Assembly (NCBI GenBank): GCA_951406725.2
Contig: OX597837.1
Span: 26,102,001-26,166,000, forward strand
DNA: 64,000 nucleotides
DNA from: Octopus vulgaris
Lineage: Eukaryota
Reading direction: 5' to 3'
Shown: positions 1 to 13,432 of the stretch, in pieces
Layout of the letters: every line of letters starts with the position of its first letter
Position numbering within the stretch: position 1 is the stretch's first letter
The notes under the pieces: generated by a model
Database searches by the model: none
The model's input: the letters and a program-made list of their open reading frames with translations, nothing else
What the model was told of the DNA's origin: nothing
Program-made: the position numbers and the translations under genes

Positions 1-114
1 TCTCCATGGCTAGTCAAACAATAAGTCTGCCTATAAAGGAAGGAAGTAAAGAAGGAAGAAAGGCAAAAAAGGCTGTATAAGACATTAAAAGAAGGAACAA
101 CAACAGATGGTTAC

Positions 115-194
115 CGGGGTGTTAACAACCGAACAATGGGGTATTTGGTGGAGGAATTCCCAGGGACCAACATTTGATGCTGTGAAGCATGTCA
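115..194 (-). CDS. Weak candidate internal coding exon (80 nt) of an unidentified gene
   Basis: Minus strand: acceptor ttttcatatttcag|TG and donor CCG|gtaacc. Only one frame is open (xTCFTASNVGPWEFLHQIPHCSVVNTP). No recognisable domain. Confidence 0.2.
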
Positions 195-869
195 CTGAAA
201 TATGAAAAAGCCATCAAATTTTGCTGCGGAAAGGGAAGGGTTTTTCATTTTTATTTTAATGGGTATGTTTTCGTCCATGTGGGAGGGGCAATGGCCTGGT
301 TTCTCACCCCACCCTTCTTCTCCAATAATCACCTTCTTTTTTCCTCAGATTTTGTTTTTGTTTTATATGTACATAATTTTTTTTTTTTTCTTGTGTGACA
401 TTTCTAAAGATGTAGCCAGAACCAACAAGATGGAATTGATGCGCATTGGCAGATGAGATAGCTTTGAATTTTTTGATTAGTTAAAAACAAGACTGTGCTC
501 CCGACACCATATAATTATTATTATTATTATTATTAGTAGTAGTAGTAGTTGATGACATTATACTCAGAGAAGTCAATCATAAACAGTGATGGTGGTGGTG
601 GTAGATGATGTCTGGCAACAGATTCCAGATGTTAACTGATTAGAGCAGATGATGCTACAGCTGGCCGGTCCCTTCTCATTGTCATTTCATGGGTCTGATC
701 ACCACTGACATTACCCCCCCCCTCGCCGCAGCTGCCACCCATCCCCTCTCCCCCCACCCACCATACCACATCCATCTTTCACAGTCGATTCCAACCGATA
801 ATGGTTTTACATGGCACAGACTAAATGGTAAAGTTGCTTTGGGATTGTTCTATACTACCTCCACATATA

Positions 870-997
870 TACTAACACACACACACATACACGCACATAT
901 ACACAGACAAACATATCCATACACACATATACTCAGAGCCACACACATATACACAGACAAACATATATCCAGACACACATATACTCAGAGTCACATG

Positions 998-1037
<40 letters not shown>

Positions 1038-1129
1038 CTTACAAACATATACCTATACACAGTAACACACCACAGAGATATATACACTCATACATCTCTT
1101 TCTCTCTCTCCCTCACTCTATATACAAAT

Positions 1130-1161
<32 letters not shown>

Positions 1162-1201
1162 AGACAAACATATATCCATACACACATATACTCAGAACCA
1201 T

Positions 1202-1234
<33 letters not shown>

Positions 1235-1425
1235 CATACAAACATGTACCTATACACAGCCACACACTACAGAGATATATACACTCATACATCTCTCTCT
1301 CTCTCTCTCCCCCTCACTCTATATACAAATACATACACACACAAACATACACTGATGTATATGCATACGATCATACATTCACATAAACCTAGGCACATAC
1401 ACAGTCACAGACATATATACACACG

Positions 1426-1465
<40 letters not shown>

Positions 1466-1588
1466 TATACACATATATATGTACACATATATATACATAT
1501 ATATATACATATATATATATACACACATATATACATATACATACATACATACATATATACATATATACATACATACATATATACATAC

Positions 1589-1636
<48 letters not shown>

Positions 1637-1775
1637 ATATATATGCACACACACACGATGTAAACACACAAGCGTGCATATACATGTACGCATGTTATCA
1701 ATGCATACGTATGGAATCACTCAAACTTGTGTACATATACATACAAATACAGACATGTCTTCACACACACACACA
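870..1775. repeat. Compound (CA)n/(TA)n/(TACA)n microsatellite with an internal ~200-bp duplication
   Basis: Visible dinucleotide runs and repeated cacagacaaacatatatcca / agagatatatacactcatacatctc blocks. Confidence 0.9.
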
Positions 1776-1785
1776 TGGAGTTAGA

Positions 1786-1845
1786 GAGACGGGAGAGGAG
1801 TGAGGCGGGAGAGGAGTGAGGCGGGAGAGGAGTGAGGCGGGAGAG
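1786..1845. repeat. 16-bp minisatellite (gaggcgggagaggagt) x~4
   Basis: Period 16 at 1801, 1817 and 1833. Confidence 0.85.
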
Positions 1846-2137
1846 TCTATTGAAGGAAGAAAATAAGGAGAAGCAGGAACCTTTACACAGTAAAAGGTCA
1901 AATGTAAATTTTTTTTTTTTTTTGAAAAAAAGAACATTTTGTGGAAAGGAAAAGGAGGAGGAATTTAGAGAAAATAATGAAATGACAGAAATTCAAAGTC
2001 AGGGAAGAAGGTTTCAAATTTCAGTGGAATAATAATTGGAAGAGTTTGGATAATTCCAAGATTATACGAGTGGAGGACATCTTTAAGTGGAATTGTAAAT
2101 AAACAAGTGCCCAGGGAAGATTGCAGTAAAATGCTTT

Positions 2138-2825
2138 AGAGAGAGTGAGAGAGAGAGAGAGAGAGAAATGAGTGCAAGAGAGAGGGAGGAAGAAAGAGAG
2201 GGGAGAGCGTGCGAGAGAGAGAGAGCTGCAAGAGGGGAAGAGCATGCGAAAGAGGGGGAGAGCATGCGAAAGAGGGAGAGAGAGTGAGTGAGAGAGGGAG
2301 AGAGAGCATGCGAGCGTGAAAGAGAGCGTGAAAGAGAGGGAGAGAGAGCATGAGAGAGAGGGAGAGAGCGTGAAAGAGAGGGAGAGAGAGCATGTAAGAG
2401 GGAGAGAGAGCGTGAATGAGAGGAAGAAGGAGCATATGAGAGAGGGAGAGAGAGGGTGAGAGAGAGAGGGAGAGAGAGCTTGCGAGAGAGAGAGCGTGCG
2501 AGAGAAGGAGAGAGAGCATGAGAGAGAAGCAGAGAGAGAATGCGAGAGAGGGAGAAAGAGCATGAGAGAGAAGGAGAGAGAGTGCGAGAGAGGGAGAGAG
2601 AGCATGTGAGAGAGGGAGACAGAGAGGGAGAGAGTGTATGAGAGAGCATGGGAGAGCGAGCATGCGAGAGAGGGAGAGAGAGCATGAAAGAGAGGTAGAG
2701 AGAACATGCGAGAGAGGAGGGAGAGAGGGAGAGGTGAGTGTGTGAGAGAGCAAGTGAGTGTGACAGAAAGAAAAAACGAGTGTGCAAGAGAGAGAGAGAG
2801 AGAGAGATATTGCAAGAGAAGGAGT

Positions 2826-2856
<31 letters not shown>

Positions 2857-3230
2857 ACAGAAAGAAAAAGAGACATGGAGAGTAAAAGAGAGAGTGCAAA
2901 AGAGAGATGGAGCAAGAGAGAGACTGTGAAAGGGAACAAGAGTGTGTGTGTGTGCGTGATTGTGTGTGTATGATTGTGTGTATGTGATTGTGTGTGTGTG
3001 TGATTGTGTGTGTGTGATTATGTGTGTGTGTATGTGATAGTGTGTGTGTGATTGTGTGTATATGTGATTGTGTGTGTGTGTGAATGCGAGTGTTGGAGCT
3101 TAGATCAGTGTGTTAGTGTGTGCGGGTGCTTATCTATATGTATGTTTATGCATGTATCTATGAGTGATTGTGTATGTATGATATATGTGAGTGTGTGTGT
3201 GTTCCTGTCTTCATCTCTCTCTCTCTCTCT
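2138..3230. repeat. (GA)n cryptic repeat with gagagcatg units, followed by a (TG)n/gtgatt tract
   Basis: Directly visible low complexity. Confidence 0.9.
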
Positions 3231-4014
3231 GTGTGACCCTGGCCCTGATCCACCCCACTCGCCATCCACAACGACAGCAATCTGTGTATTATTAGCGCCA
3301 TACCTTTCGTTTGCGGCGAGGGGGGGAGGGAACATTTCACTTGATCCTCTCAAAGTGATAATTAAAGAGAAAAGGAGAAGGAAAAGGAGCGAAAGAGGGG
3401 GGGAAAAAAAAAAGAAAGAAATGAAAAAAAACAAACAAAAACAACAACGAAAAGCAATTTGAATAAATACAAAAGAAAAAAAAAATGTTTATCAAACTTG
3501 AAGCGAAATTTGAATTTGAAGCACCAAGGAGAAGATCAAGTGGCGTTGAAAAGCGAAAGAAAACGTGCAAGGTTTAAGTGAGCATTTATCAAATAGTGTT
3601 GGTTTATGGTCGACAATGTTTACTGACCAGCAGAGAGGGAGGAAGGAAGGAAGAGAGGAAGGAAGAATAAGGAAGAGAGAAGGAAGGAAAGAAAGGGGGG
3701 GGGGAGAAGGAAAGAAATGCAAAATAAAATGGAAATCTGAAGAAATAGTGTCAACAGAGAATTTGCATAGTATGGAAGGAAGGCAGCGTGGAAAGGAAAA
3801 TGCTGCTAACTTTTGGTAGAGATTGCTTTTTTTTGAAGGAGTGATTTTGCTGAAGGCAACATTTTTCCTTAATAATGCAAACCGGTTTATCAAAGATAAA
3901 AGTGAAAAAAAAATAAAAAAAGAAATATGTAACAAAAAAAAAAAAAAAAAAAATTTAAGGATAATAAAATGGTGTTCTTATTTTATCTTATATTTGCTCA
4001 TTCTGTCTCTCATC

Positions 4015-4058
<44 letters not shown>

Positions 4059-4137
4059 CTATATATATGTGTGTGTGTGTGTGTGTATATATATATGTGT
4101 GTGTGTGTGTATATGTATGTGTGTGTGTATATATATA

Positions 4138-4172
<35 letters not shown>

Positions 4173-4229
4173 GTATGTATATATATGTGTGCATATGTAT
4201 AGATATATATATATCCATATGTATATGTA

Positions 4230-4309
<80 letters not shown>

Positions 4310-4384
4310 CATATATATATATACATATATATAATATCCATATATATATATATATATATACACATATATATATATATATAATAT

Positions 4385-4457
<73 letters not shown>

Positions 4458-4530
4458 TATATATATATGCATATATATGTCTGTGTGTGTGTGTATGTGC
4501 GTATGTATTTCAATATATATGTTTTTGATA
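4015..4530. repeat. (TA)n/(TG)n microsatellite
   Basis: Directly visible. Confidence 0.95.
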
Positions 4531-5832
4531 TATATTTCCCCCATTTCTATAAAATTCCACAGAAATCTTCCATTTTTCACTTGAAATGCAAAGTTTATAT
4601 TCTTATTTATTTATTTATTGATTGAGAAGTAGTTTTTGTTGTTGTTGATGATGTTCTTGTTGTCTCTCCATGAATGGAAACCTGAAAATGTTGACTTTAC
4701 AATGGAAGAATTTGATCAATTGGGTTCCTATAAAAAAAACAAATCAAAATGCTTGTTCGATAAGGAAAGGAATATTTCTGAAGGTATAACAAAGGGGTGT
4801 TGGGTTGAGTGGGTTTAGAGAAAAAGAGAAAATGCCAAACAAGCCCTGAAAGCCATTGAACTATTATTGATCAACGATTCCAGTGTTGTTTGACAAGTGA
4901 TTTAATCCGAGATCGTTTGTTGGAAGTGAAACAAAGGTATCATGGTAGAGTCACATTAAAACACATGCACTGTTGTATTGATTTGTTTTTGTATTTGTGG
5001 ATTATCAAGAGAGAAATGAGGGGGAAAAAATGGTAAGAAATTGAGGATGGATAAGGGGAGAGAGAGAGAGAGGGGGGATAGAAGAGGGAGGGAAGAGGAG
5101 ACAGATGGGTGAGAAGAGAGAGAAGGGAGAGGAAAGAAGGGAAAAGGAGAAAGTAGGGGAGAGAGAGGGTGAGAGGCAGGAGAGGGGTAAGGAGAGAGGG
5201 AGGGATATAAAGAATAGAGAGGAAGAGAAGAGACAAGCCAAAAACATCTCAATGGTCAACAGGAACTGACCAATAATTGACCGCTAACAGATATAGCGAA
5301 ATATTAGTGATCGTGACACATAGACACACACTTTTATGAATTTCAAATAATGAGCTGTGGCCAAGCTGTGGCACATACCATCATATATCATCTTACTGTG
5401 AAAATAGAAACAGAGGTGAAACAAGATTCTCAGTGGCCAGAGAGAAAGACCAAAAATTGACCAATTGATCACCTTTAGTTTTCGCTAAAACCGTTATCAA
5501 CGTTTGATTAATGATTAATAATAATGACTAATAGTTACTACTCACATTTTTCTGCACATTACATAACGAGGGAAAAGATCTTTACATAACTGTTTTATGT
5601 GCAAGAAATAGCAGTCAAAGGCATGTTGAATAAATAGAAAAAGGCGAGATGATTATGGCTAGTTTTGATGAGAAGGATTTTCCAGCAGGACTGACCAAGG
5701 GCTAAGCAACGACAAACTAGAAATGTCTTAATTCTAAGAAGGGTTCAAGGAAACGCCTTTCACCTAATTTCTCTTTGAAATTTCAGTTTGATTCTGTAAC
5801 AAAACAGAACAAAAATAAAAAAAAATAAAACA

Positions 5833-5994
5833 AACGTATGAGTGGCTGTGTGGTAAGTAGCTTGCTTGCCAACCACATGGTTCCGGGTTCAGTCCCACAG
5901 CGTGGCATCTTGGGCAAGTGTCTTCCACTAAAGCCTTGGGCCGACCAAAGCCTTGTGAGTGGATTAGGTAGACGGAAACTGAAAGAAGCCCGTC

Positions 5995-6050
<56 letters not shown>

Positions 6051-6272
6051 ATATGTTTGTGTGTCTGTGTTTGTCCCCCTAGCATTGCTTGACAACCGAT
6101 GCTGGTGTGTTTACGTCCCTGTCACTTAGCGGTTCGGCAAAAGAGAGCGATAGAATAAGTACTGGGCTTACAAAGAATAAGTCTCGGGGGTCGATTTGTT
6201 CGACTAAAGGCGGTGCTCCAGCATGGCCGCAGTCAAATGATTGAAACAAGTAAAAGAATAAAAGAGTTAAGA
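5833..6272 (+). mobile_element. tRNA-derived SINE family A, full length
   Basis: A-box tggctgtgtgg, B-box ggttcagtccc, ttgggcaagt core, internal (TA)n(TG)n, taaaagag-type tail. More than 12 copies in the window. Confidence 0.9.
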
Positions 6273-6496
6273 GTAAACCCAGAAAATATTTTTTAAAAAG
6301 TGGAAAATATTTAAAAAACAAAAAACACAAAATAATGTGCAGAAAGAGGAAAATTGTAAATATTCCTAAGAAAGAATTTTCTAGAAAGTAATTTGGAGAA
6401 CATTTTAACAGAACCATTAATGATGATGTAGAGGGGAGGGGAGGACATTGGTAAATGCGAATAAATTAATGTTACCCAAAGAATAAGGAACAAATA

Positions 6497-6838
6497 TAGC
6501 AGCAACAGTAGCAGTAGTAGTGGTAGTGGGGGTGGCGGTAGTGGTGGTGGTAGTGGTGGTGGTGGTGGTAGTGGTCGTGGTAGTAGTGGTGGTGATGGTG
6601 GTAGTGGTGGTGGTGGTAGTAGTGGTGGTAGTTGTGGTGGTAGTAGTGGTGGTGGTAGTAGAGGTGGTGGTAGTGATGGTGGTGGTAGTGGTGGTGGTGG
6701 TAGTGGTGGTAGTAGTGGTGGTGATGGTGGTAGTGATGGTAGTGGTGGTGGTAGTGATGGTGGTGGTGGCAGTGATGGTGGTGGTGGTGGTAGTAGTGGT
6801 GGTGGTGGTAGTAGTGATAGTAGTAGTCATGGTAGAAG
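6497..6838. repeat. (GTG/GTA)n trinucleotide tract
   Basis: Directly visible. Confidence 0.95.
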
Positions 6839-6884
6839 TAAATATGAAGATGGGTTGAAGAATTTTTTTAGTGTTTTATACACA

Positions 6885-6933
<49 letters not shown>

Positions 6934-6969
6934 TGAGAGAGAAATAGAGAGAGAGTGTATGTATATGTC

Positions 6970-7031
<62 letters not shown>

Positions 7032-7462
7032 TATATATAATGTTTCACGAAAATGGAGATATAGCTGAAAATCTATTAAAAGACACAAAAGATACTACAG
7101 CGATGTTTAATACAATAATATCAATTTTATTAAAACTGCAGGGTTTTACTTTTTCTGTTGTATTAAATTGAGTCGAAGAAGTGATTTTACAAAAGGAATT
7201 TCTAACAACCCAACGCTCACCCTCCCCGCTTACCATATATGAAACTTTGTCAAAAATCGGTCTCTATCTCTCTTTCTCTCTAAAAGGAACAAACAAAAAA
7301 AAAAAGAAAAGAAAAACTAGGATTCTACATTAAAAACCTGAAAATATTTCAGCAAACAGTTGCCCAACCATTTCTGAAGAGCATTACAAGACATTTATTA
7401 AAACATGAGGAATATAGAGTGGAGTGGAGGACATTGGGTAAAGCGATTAAATTAATGTTACC

Positions 7463-8313
7463 TATTTCTTTATTACCCACAAGGCTAATGTTTCTTATTT
7501 CATTATTGCCCACAAGGGGCTAAACATAGAGGGGACAAACAAGGACAGACAAAAGTATTAAGTCGATTACATCGACCCCAGTGTGTAACTGGTACTTAAT
7601 TTATCGACCCTGAAAGGATGAAAGGCAAAGTTGACCTTGGCGGAATTTGAACCCGGAACGTAACGGCAGACGAAATACTGCTAAGCATTTCGCCTGGCGT
7701 GCTAACGTTTCTTATTTCATTATTGCCCACAAGGGGCTAAACATAGAGGGGACAAACAAGGACAGACAAAGGTATTAAGTCGATTACATCGACCCCAGTG
7801 TGTAACTGGTACTTAATTTATCGACCCTGAAAGGATGAAAGGCAAAGTTGTCCTCGGCAGAATTTGAACTCAGAATGTAGCGGCAGACGAAATACCTATT
7901 TCTTTATTACCCACAAAGGGCTAAACATAGAGGGGACAAACAAGGACAGACAAAGGTATTAAGTCGATTACATCGACCCCAGTGTGTAACTGGTACTTAA
8001 TTTATCGACCCTGAAAGGATGAAAGGCAAAGTTGACCTTGGCGGAATTTGAACTCAGAACGTAGCGGCAGACGAAATACCTATTTCTTTATTACCCACAA
8101 GGGGCTAAACATAGAGGGGACAAACAAGGACAGACAAAGGTATTAAGTCGATTACATCGACTCCAGTGTGTAACTGGTACTTAATTTATCGATCCCGAAA
8201 GGATGAAAGGCAAAGTTGACCTTGGCGGAATTTGAACTCAGAACGTAACGGCAGACGAAATACCGCTAAGCATTTCTCCTGGCGTGCTAACGTTTCTGCC
8301 AGCTCGCCGCCTT
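7463..8313 (-). mobile_element. SINE family B tandem multimer (~4 units) inside one TSD
   Basis: Head ggcggcgagctggcagaaacgttagc with B-box gttcaaattcc. Central gtcgactttgcctttcatcctttcggggtcgataaa resembles the Meta/MESC SINE domain (from memory). 19-bp TSD cgattaaattaatgttacc at 7444-7462 and 8314-8332. Confidence 0.9.
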
Positions 8314-8496
8314 CGATTAAATTAATGTTACCATCTTTGGAACAGTGTTGCTGCAGCTTCACCTGCAGACACACCATTGACAGGTAGACAGATTATTTGA
8401 AGGTCACAGCTAATTAAGTGAGATTTAAGAAGGTGTTATTAAAGAAGATCTTATTAAAAATACAGAAGAATATCTTTTATTATAATCCCATTTAAA

Positions 8497-9232
8497 GGCA
8501 GTGAGGCTGGCAGAATCATTAGCAAGCAGGGAAAACGCTTAGTGCCATTTTGACTGTCTTCATATTCTGAGTTCAAATTATGCTGAGGTTGACTACCGTA
8601 AATCCTCGAATATAGTCTGTCCTTGAGTATAATACGCAGGGAATTTTTAGTGAGCTGTACTTCTTGAAAAACCTAAACCTTGTGTATAATACGCAACCCT
8701 TCTCTAACTGAGTCATGTGTAATTAAACCAGCAGCACCTAGTCGAACAAACACTTCCGCACATGCATAATACAATAATGGTGATGTTCTTAACTGTTATA
8801 TGGGAATGTAAAAATGTTTGCAAATTGTTTTTTTTACATGTTATTCAGTGTTCTGAATACTTTTATTTTAATAAATGTTGCTTACTGCAAGTTATGGATA
8901 ATTCTTTTATGACTTCATTGCTTTCAGGCTTAGCTTAAGGTATTTTCGCACCCGACATCACAAAATGTGTCTGAATAAACATTGCTGGACAGCAAATAGA
9001 GACTCGGATATTGCTTAGAAAATGTGTTTCGTTTTTAACCTCGTATATAGTACACACTAGGGATTTTGACCTCTAAATTTTGGGAAAAAAAATGTGGATT
9101 ATACTTGAGGATTTACGGTATGCTTATAATCCTTTGGAGGTTAATAAAATAAATACCAGTTGAGCACTAGGGTTGATGTAATCGACCTGACCTTTCCCCC
9201 CAAATTGCTGGCCTTGTGCCAAAAAATTTGTA
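8497..9232 (+). mobile_element. Old SINE B2 (B head and core, gctggccttgtgccaaaa tail) split by a MITE
   Basis: The core resumes exactly across the insertion: gaggttgacTA ... TAtgcttataatcc. Confidence 0.75.
8596..9118. mobile_element. Tc1/mariner-superfamily (Tc2/pogo-like) MITE, 523 bp
   Basis: TIRs CCGTAAATCCTCGAATATAG / TTATACTTGAGGATTTACGG with TA TSD at 8594-95 and 9119-20. Confidence 0.85.
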
Positions 9233-9297
9233 ATCATCATAACCCCATTCACTGCTTTTCCGTTCTTCAAGTCCTACTGTCCTTTTCCTATTCATCA

Positions 9298-9335
<38 letters not shown>

Positions 9336-9488
9336 AGCTGGGCAATTCATGTGCCTCCTCTTCAGCAAGGCATCTGTTCCTGCCTCTCTATCATACTTCC
9401 ACCTCCTTCAACTCACGTGCATGATGGCTATTGTCTTGTGAGTTAGTTGGTGACCTCATCGGTACCAGTGCCATATAAAAAATACCCC

Positions 9489-9665
9489 ATAAAAGTATTC
9501 AGAACACAGAATAACATGTAAAAAAACAATTTGCAAACATTTTTACATTCCCATATAACAGTTAAGAACATCACCATTATTGTATTATGCATGTGCGGAA
9601 GTGTTTGTTCGACTAGGTGCTGCTGGTTTAATTACGCATGACTCAAGTTAGAGAAGGGATGCGTA
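9489..9665 (-). repeat. Inverted copy of MITE internal segment 8690-8866
   Basis: Near-exact reverse complement of the MITE interior, with no TIRs of its own. Confidence 0.85.
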
Positions 9666-9795
9666 AAGTGGTTGGTATTAGGAAGGGCATCTAGCTGCAG
9701 AAACCAAGCCAAAGCAGACACTGGGGCCCAGCATAGCCTTCTAGTTCATTGGTTGAACCATACAAAGAAGGACATTAAAAGGTGATGATGATGAT
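9666..9795 (+). mobile_element. RTE LINE 3'UTR fragment (family D)
   Basis: gtggttggtattaggaagggcatc motif and (GAT)n tail, as at the end of the RTE at 23320-25290. Confidence 0.65.
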
Positions 9796-9854
9796 GTATA
9801 TGCAAATATGCACACACACATACAAACACACCCTCTGCTTATTCTCCTTACAAT

Positions 9855-9989
9855 ACTCTTTTATTCTTTTACTTGTCTCAGTCATTTGACTGCGGCCATG
9901 CTGGAGCACCACCTTTAGTCAAGCAAATCGACCCCAGGACTTATTCTTTGTAAGCCTAGTACTTATTCTATCGGTCACTTTTGCCGAAC
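9855..9989 (-). mobile_element. SINE A, 5'-truncated
   Basis: Reverse complement of the family A 3' region. Confidence 0.85.
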
Positions 9990-10035
9990 TTTTTGCCGGA
10001 CCATCCAAGTCATGCTAGAATGGGAAAAGGGCCAT

Positions 10036-10472
10036 TAGATGATGTCGATGATGAGGATGGTGATAATGATGGCAATGATGATAACGGTGCCGCTGATGAT
10101 GATGATGACAATGATAATGATGATGACAATGATGATGAAGATTGACGATGATGAAAATGATGATAATGATGACGATGACTATGATAATGACAGTGGACGC
10201 TGATGATGATGACGATGGTGATAATGATGGCGATAATGATGACGGTGACGCTGATGATGATGATGACAACGATGATGATCACAATGACAACAATGATGAT
10301 GATGACTATGATAATGACAGTGGATGCTGATGATGACAATGATGGCGATAATGACAATGATGATTATAATGACAACAATGGCTATGATGACGATGTTGAC
10401 AATGGCTATGATGATGATGATGATAAGAATAATGATGACAACAGCAATGATGATGACGACAACGATGACGAT
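10036..10472. repeat. (GAT/GAC/AAT)n tract
   Basis: Directly visible. Confidence 0.95.
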
Positions 10473-10979
10473 AAAGAATGGTTTCTACACAATATTAAAT
10501 CAACACCCAGCACCTGACTGTGCTTTTAATGATCTCCGAAAGAAAAAAAGATAAAAACATGGACAAGTTAACCTCGGCAGCTTTTGAACTCAAAATGCAA
10601 AAGTCCACACACTAAATACTGTTGATGTTTTGTCCGACATTCTAATGATTCCATCAATCGATTGACTTATATAATAATCCTCCACCTCTTCCTCCTCCAT
10701 CTCTCCCTCATCTCTCTCTCTCTGCAACTTTCTGCTTTTGCCAAACTCCTCCTCCCTGTCTCCCCCCCCTTTATGTCTCTCATGCTCCGCTATGGTCCTC
10801 TACAAAAACAAACAAAAGACAATGAATGAAACAAACAAGACAAAAAGAATTAATAGAAATACAAAGGAAGAAAAAAAAAGGAAATAAAGAGGGAAGTGGG
10901 GGAACCCTTCCCTTCCCCCCCCCCACCAAACTGTCCATTTGCCAATATCTGTGGTTATTGATTAACGGGATCCAGGAAC

Positions 10980-11052
10980 AATACATACAACATACACACA
11001 CACATATATATATATATATATACACAATATATATACATACATATATATACAT

Positions 11053-11097
<45 letters not shown>

Positions 11098-11570
11098 TAT
11101 ATATATATACATATACACATATATATATACATATACACATATATACATATATATATACATATATAAATACATACACATATATATATATGCACATATATAT
11201 ATATATACACATATATATATAGACATATATATGCACATACATATAAACACATATACATATATATATATGCACATATATATATACATACACATATATATAG
11301 ACATATATATGCACATATATATAAACACATATATACATATATGTATATGCACATATATATACACATGCACATATATATATGCACATATATATATATACAG
11401 GCATATATATAAATATATATATATACATATATAAATATATATATAATATATACAAATATATATATAATATATACAAATATATATATAATATATACAGGCA
11501 TATATATATACATATAAATATATATATAATATATACAGGCATATAGATATATATATATATATATGCATAT
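10980..11570. repeat. (TA)n-based cryptic microsatellite
   Basis: Directly visible. Confidence 0.95.
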
Positions 11571-11904
11571 GCAAAGAGTAAAATAGAGGGTTGGGTGGGG
11601 GATGGTCAATGGAATCAATAATATCAAGTGTAAGAGGTGGGGAGAGATGGCAGCAACAATTGTTAGAAATACTAAGTCAAAAGAACATAAAAAAAAGCAG
11701 CAATAGTACTAGTGGCGCCACAACTACCATCCCCACCGACAACAACAACAACACCAATACCACCACCACCATTACCATCACCCAATGTTTTGCTCTGGGA
11801 ATTCCAATAACGGATCTCAGCTGATAAATGTGGTCAGTCGGTCAATTAGGAAAAATAACTGAATCAGCTAAAACTAGTCAAGCTAAAATGGTCAGTCTGA
11901 ATAC

Positions 11905-12170
11905 CATTCCACTTGAGACCACCACCATTGATTCCCTACGACTCGTCTCTCTCTTTAAAACCACCCTCATCTCTGGTCCTGTGGAACCAATCCATCTGAG
12001 AACACCACTTCTGATTCTCTGCTACTTATCTCTCTCAGACCATCATCATGCCTGGTTCTGTGAAACCAATCCCATTGAGACCACCACCTCTGTTTTCCTG
12101 ATACAAATTCTCCTGGGATCACCACCATTGTAATGCCAGCCCTCTTGAGATGATCACTTCTGGTTCTCTG
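11905..12170. repeat. Degenerate ~40-bp tandem repeat (~7 units, core ttgagaccaccac..ctgattc)
   Basis: Core recurs at about 11910, 11950, 11992, 12030, 12071, 12110 and 12141. Confidence 0.55.
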
Positions 12171-12354
12171 TTAAAAAAAATGCTTTTATATGTTTTAATG
12201 GTTCCACTTCAATTAAAACCTTCTACTGTAATTTATAGTAAGGACTGCCCAAGTTAAATTAACCTCTTAGCATTAAGATTAACCTGTCAAATTTAATGCT
12301 TATTTATTCATGTTTTGGATTAATCATGAATTATTTCATTGGTTTTTTAAGATT

Positions 12355-12572
12355 GGGAGCTGGCAGAGTCATTAGCATGCTGGGCAAAATGCTTAGCAGC
12401 ATTTTGTCCACCTTTATGTTCTGAGTTCAAATTCCACCAAGGTCGACTTTGCCTTTCATCCTTTCGGGGTCGATGAAATAAGTAAATACCAGCTGAGTAC
12501 AGGGGTGGATGTAATTGACTTGGCCCCTCGCCCCACAAATTTCAGACCTTGTATCTATTGTAGAAAGGATTA
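12355..12572 (+). mobile_element. SINE B2
   Basis: gagctggcagag head and gtcgactttgcctttcatcctttcggggtcg core. Confidence 0.8.
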
Positions 12573-12769
12573 TTTCACAGTTTCAAGATTTTGATGATAT
12601 GGTTACTCTTTCATTCTTTTACATGTTTCAGCTCTAAGGCTGTGGCCATGCTGGGACATCACCAGTGATTGTTTATAATTAGAATGCTATTGTAGGGTAG
12701 GTGTGAGAGGCCAGGTCTGGCCAGCCTGAACATAAGCAGGTAATAGTGACAGTAAACATAAACAGTAAT

Positions 12770-13432
12770 AGTGACATGTAAAAGGTACCCTTTTCAGTGA
12801 CACCTAAAAGGCACCTGTGACAGTGACACATAAAAGGCACCTGTGATGATGACACATAAAAGGCACCTGTGATGGTGACATGTAAAAGGCACCTGTGATG
12901 GTGACACATAAAAGTCATCTGTGATAGTGACACGTAAACGGCACCTGTGGTGGTGACATGTAAAAGGCACCTTTGATGGTGACATGTAAAAGGCACCTGT
13001 GATGGTGACACGTAAAAGGCACCTGTGATGGTGACACGTAAATGGCACCTGTGATGGTGACACATAAAAGGCACCCATGATGGTGACACATAAAAGGCAC
13101 CCATGACAGTGATACCTAAAAGGCACCTGTGATGGTGACACATAAAAGGTACCCATGATGGTGACATGTAAAAGGCACCTGTGATGGTGACACATAAAAG
13201 TCACCTGTGATAGTGACACGTAAAAGGCACCCATGACAGTGACACGTAAAAGGCACCCATGACGGTAACACGTAAAAGCACCTGTGATGGTGGCACGTAA
13301 AAAACACCTGTGATAGTGACACGTAAAAGTCACCTGTGATAGTGACACGTAAAAGGCACCTGTGATAGTGACACGTAAAAGGCACCTGTGATGGTGACAC
13401 ATAAAAGGCACCCATGACGGTGACACGTAGAA
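12770..13432 (+). repeat. 26-bp minisatellite (gacacgtaaaaggcacctgtgatggt) x~25
   Basis: Clear period. It runs directly into the family D (RTE 3'UTR) tail. Confidence 0.95.

Noticed and set aside
409-456. Possible terminal exon ending ELMRIGR-stop (amidated neuropeptide-like)
   Set aside because: Single short motif with no dibasic-flanked repeats or upstream exons, so likely chance
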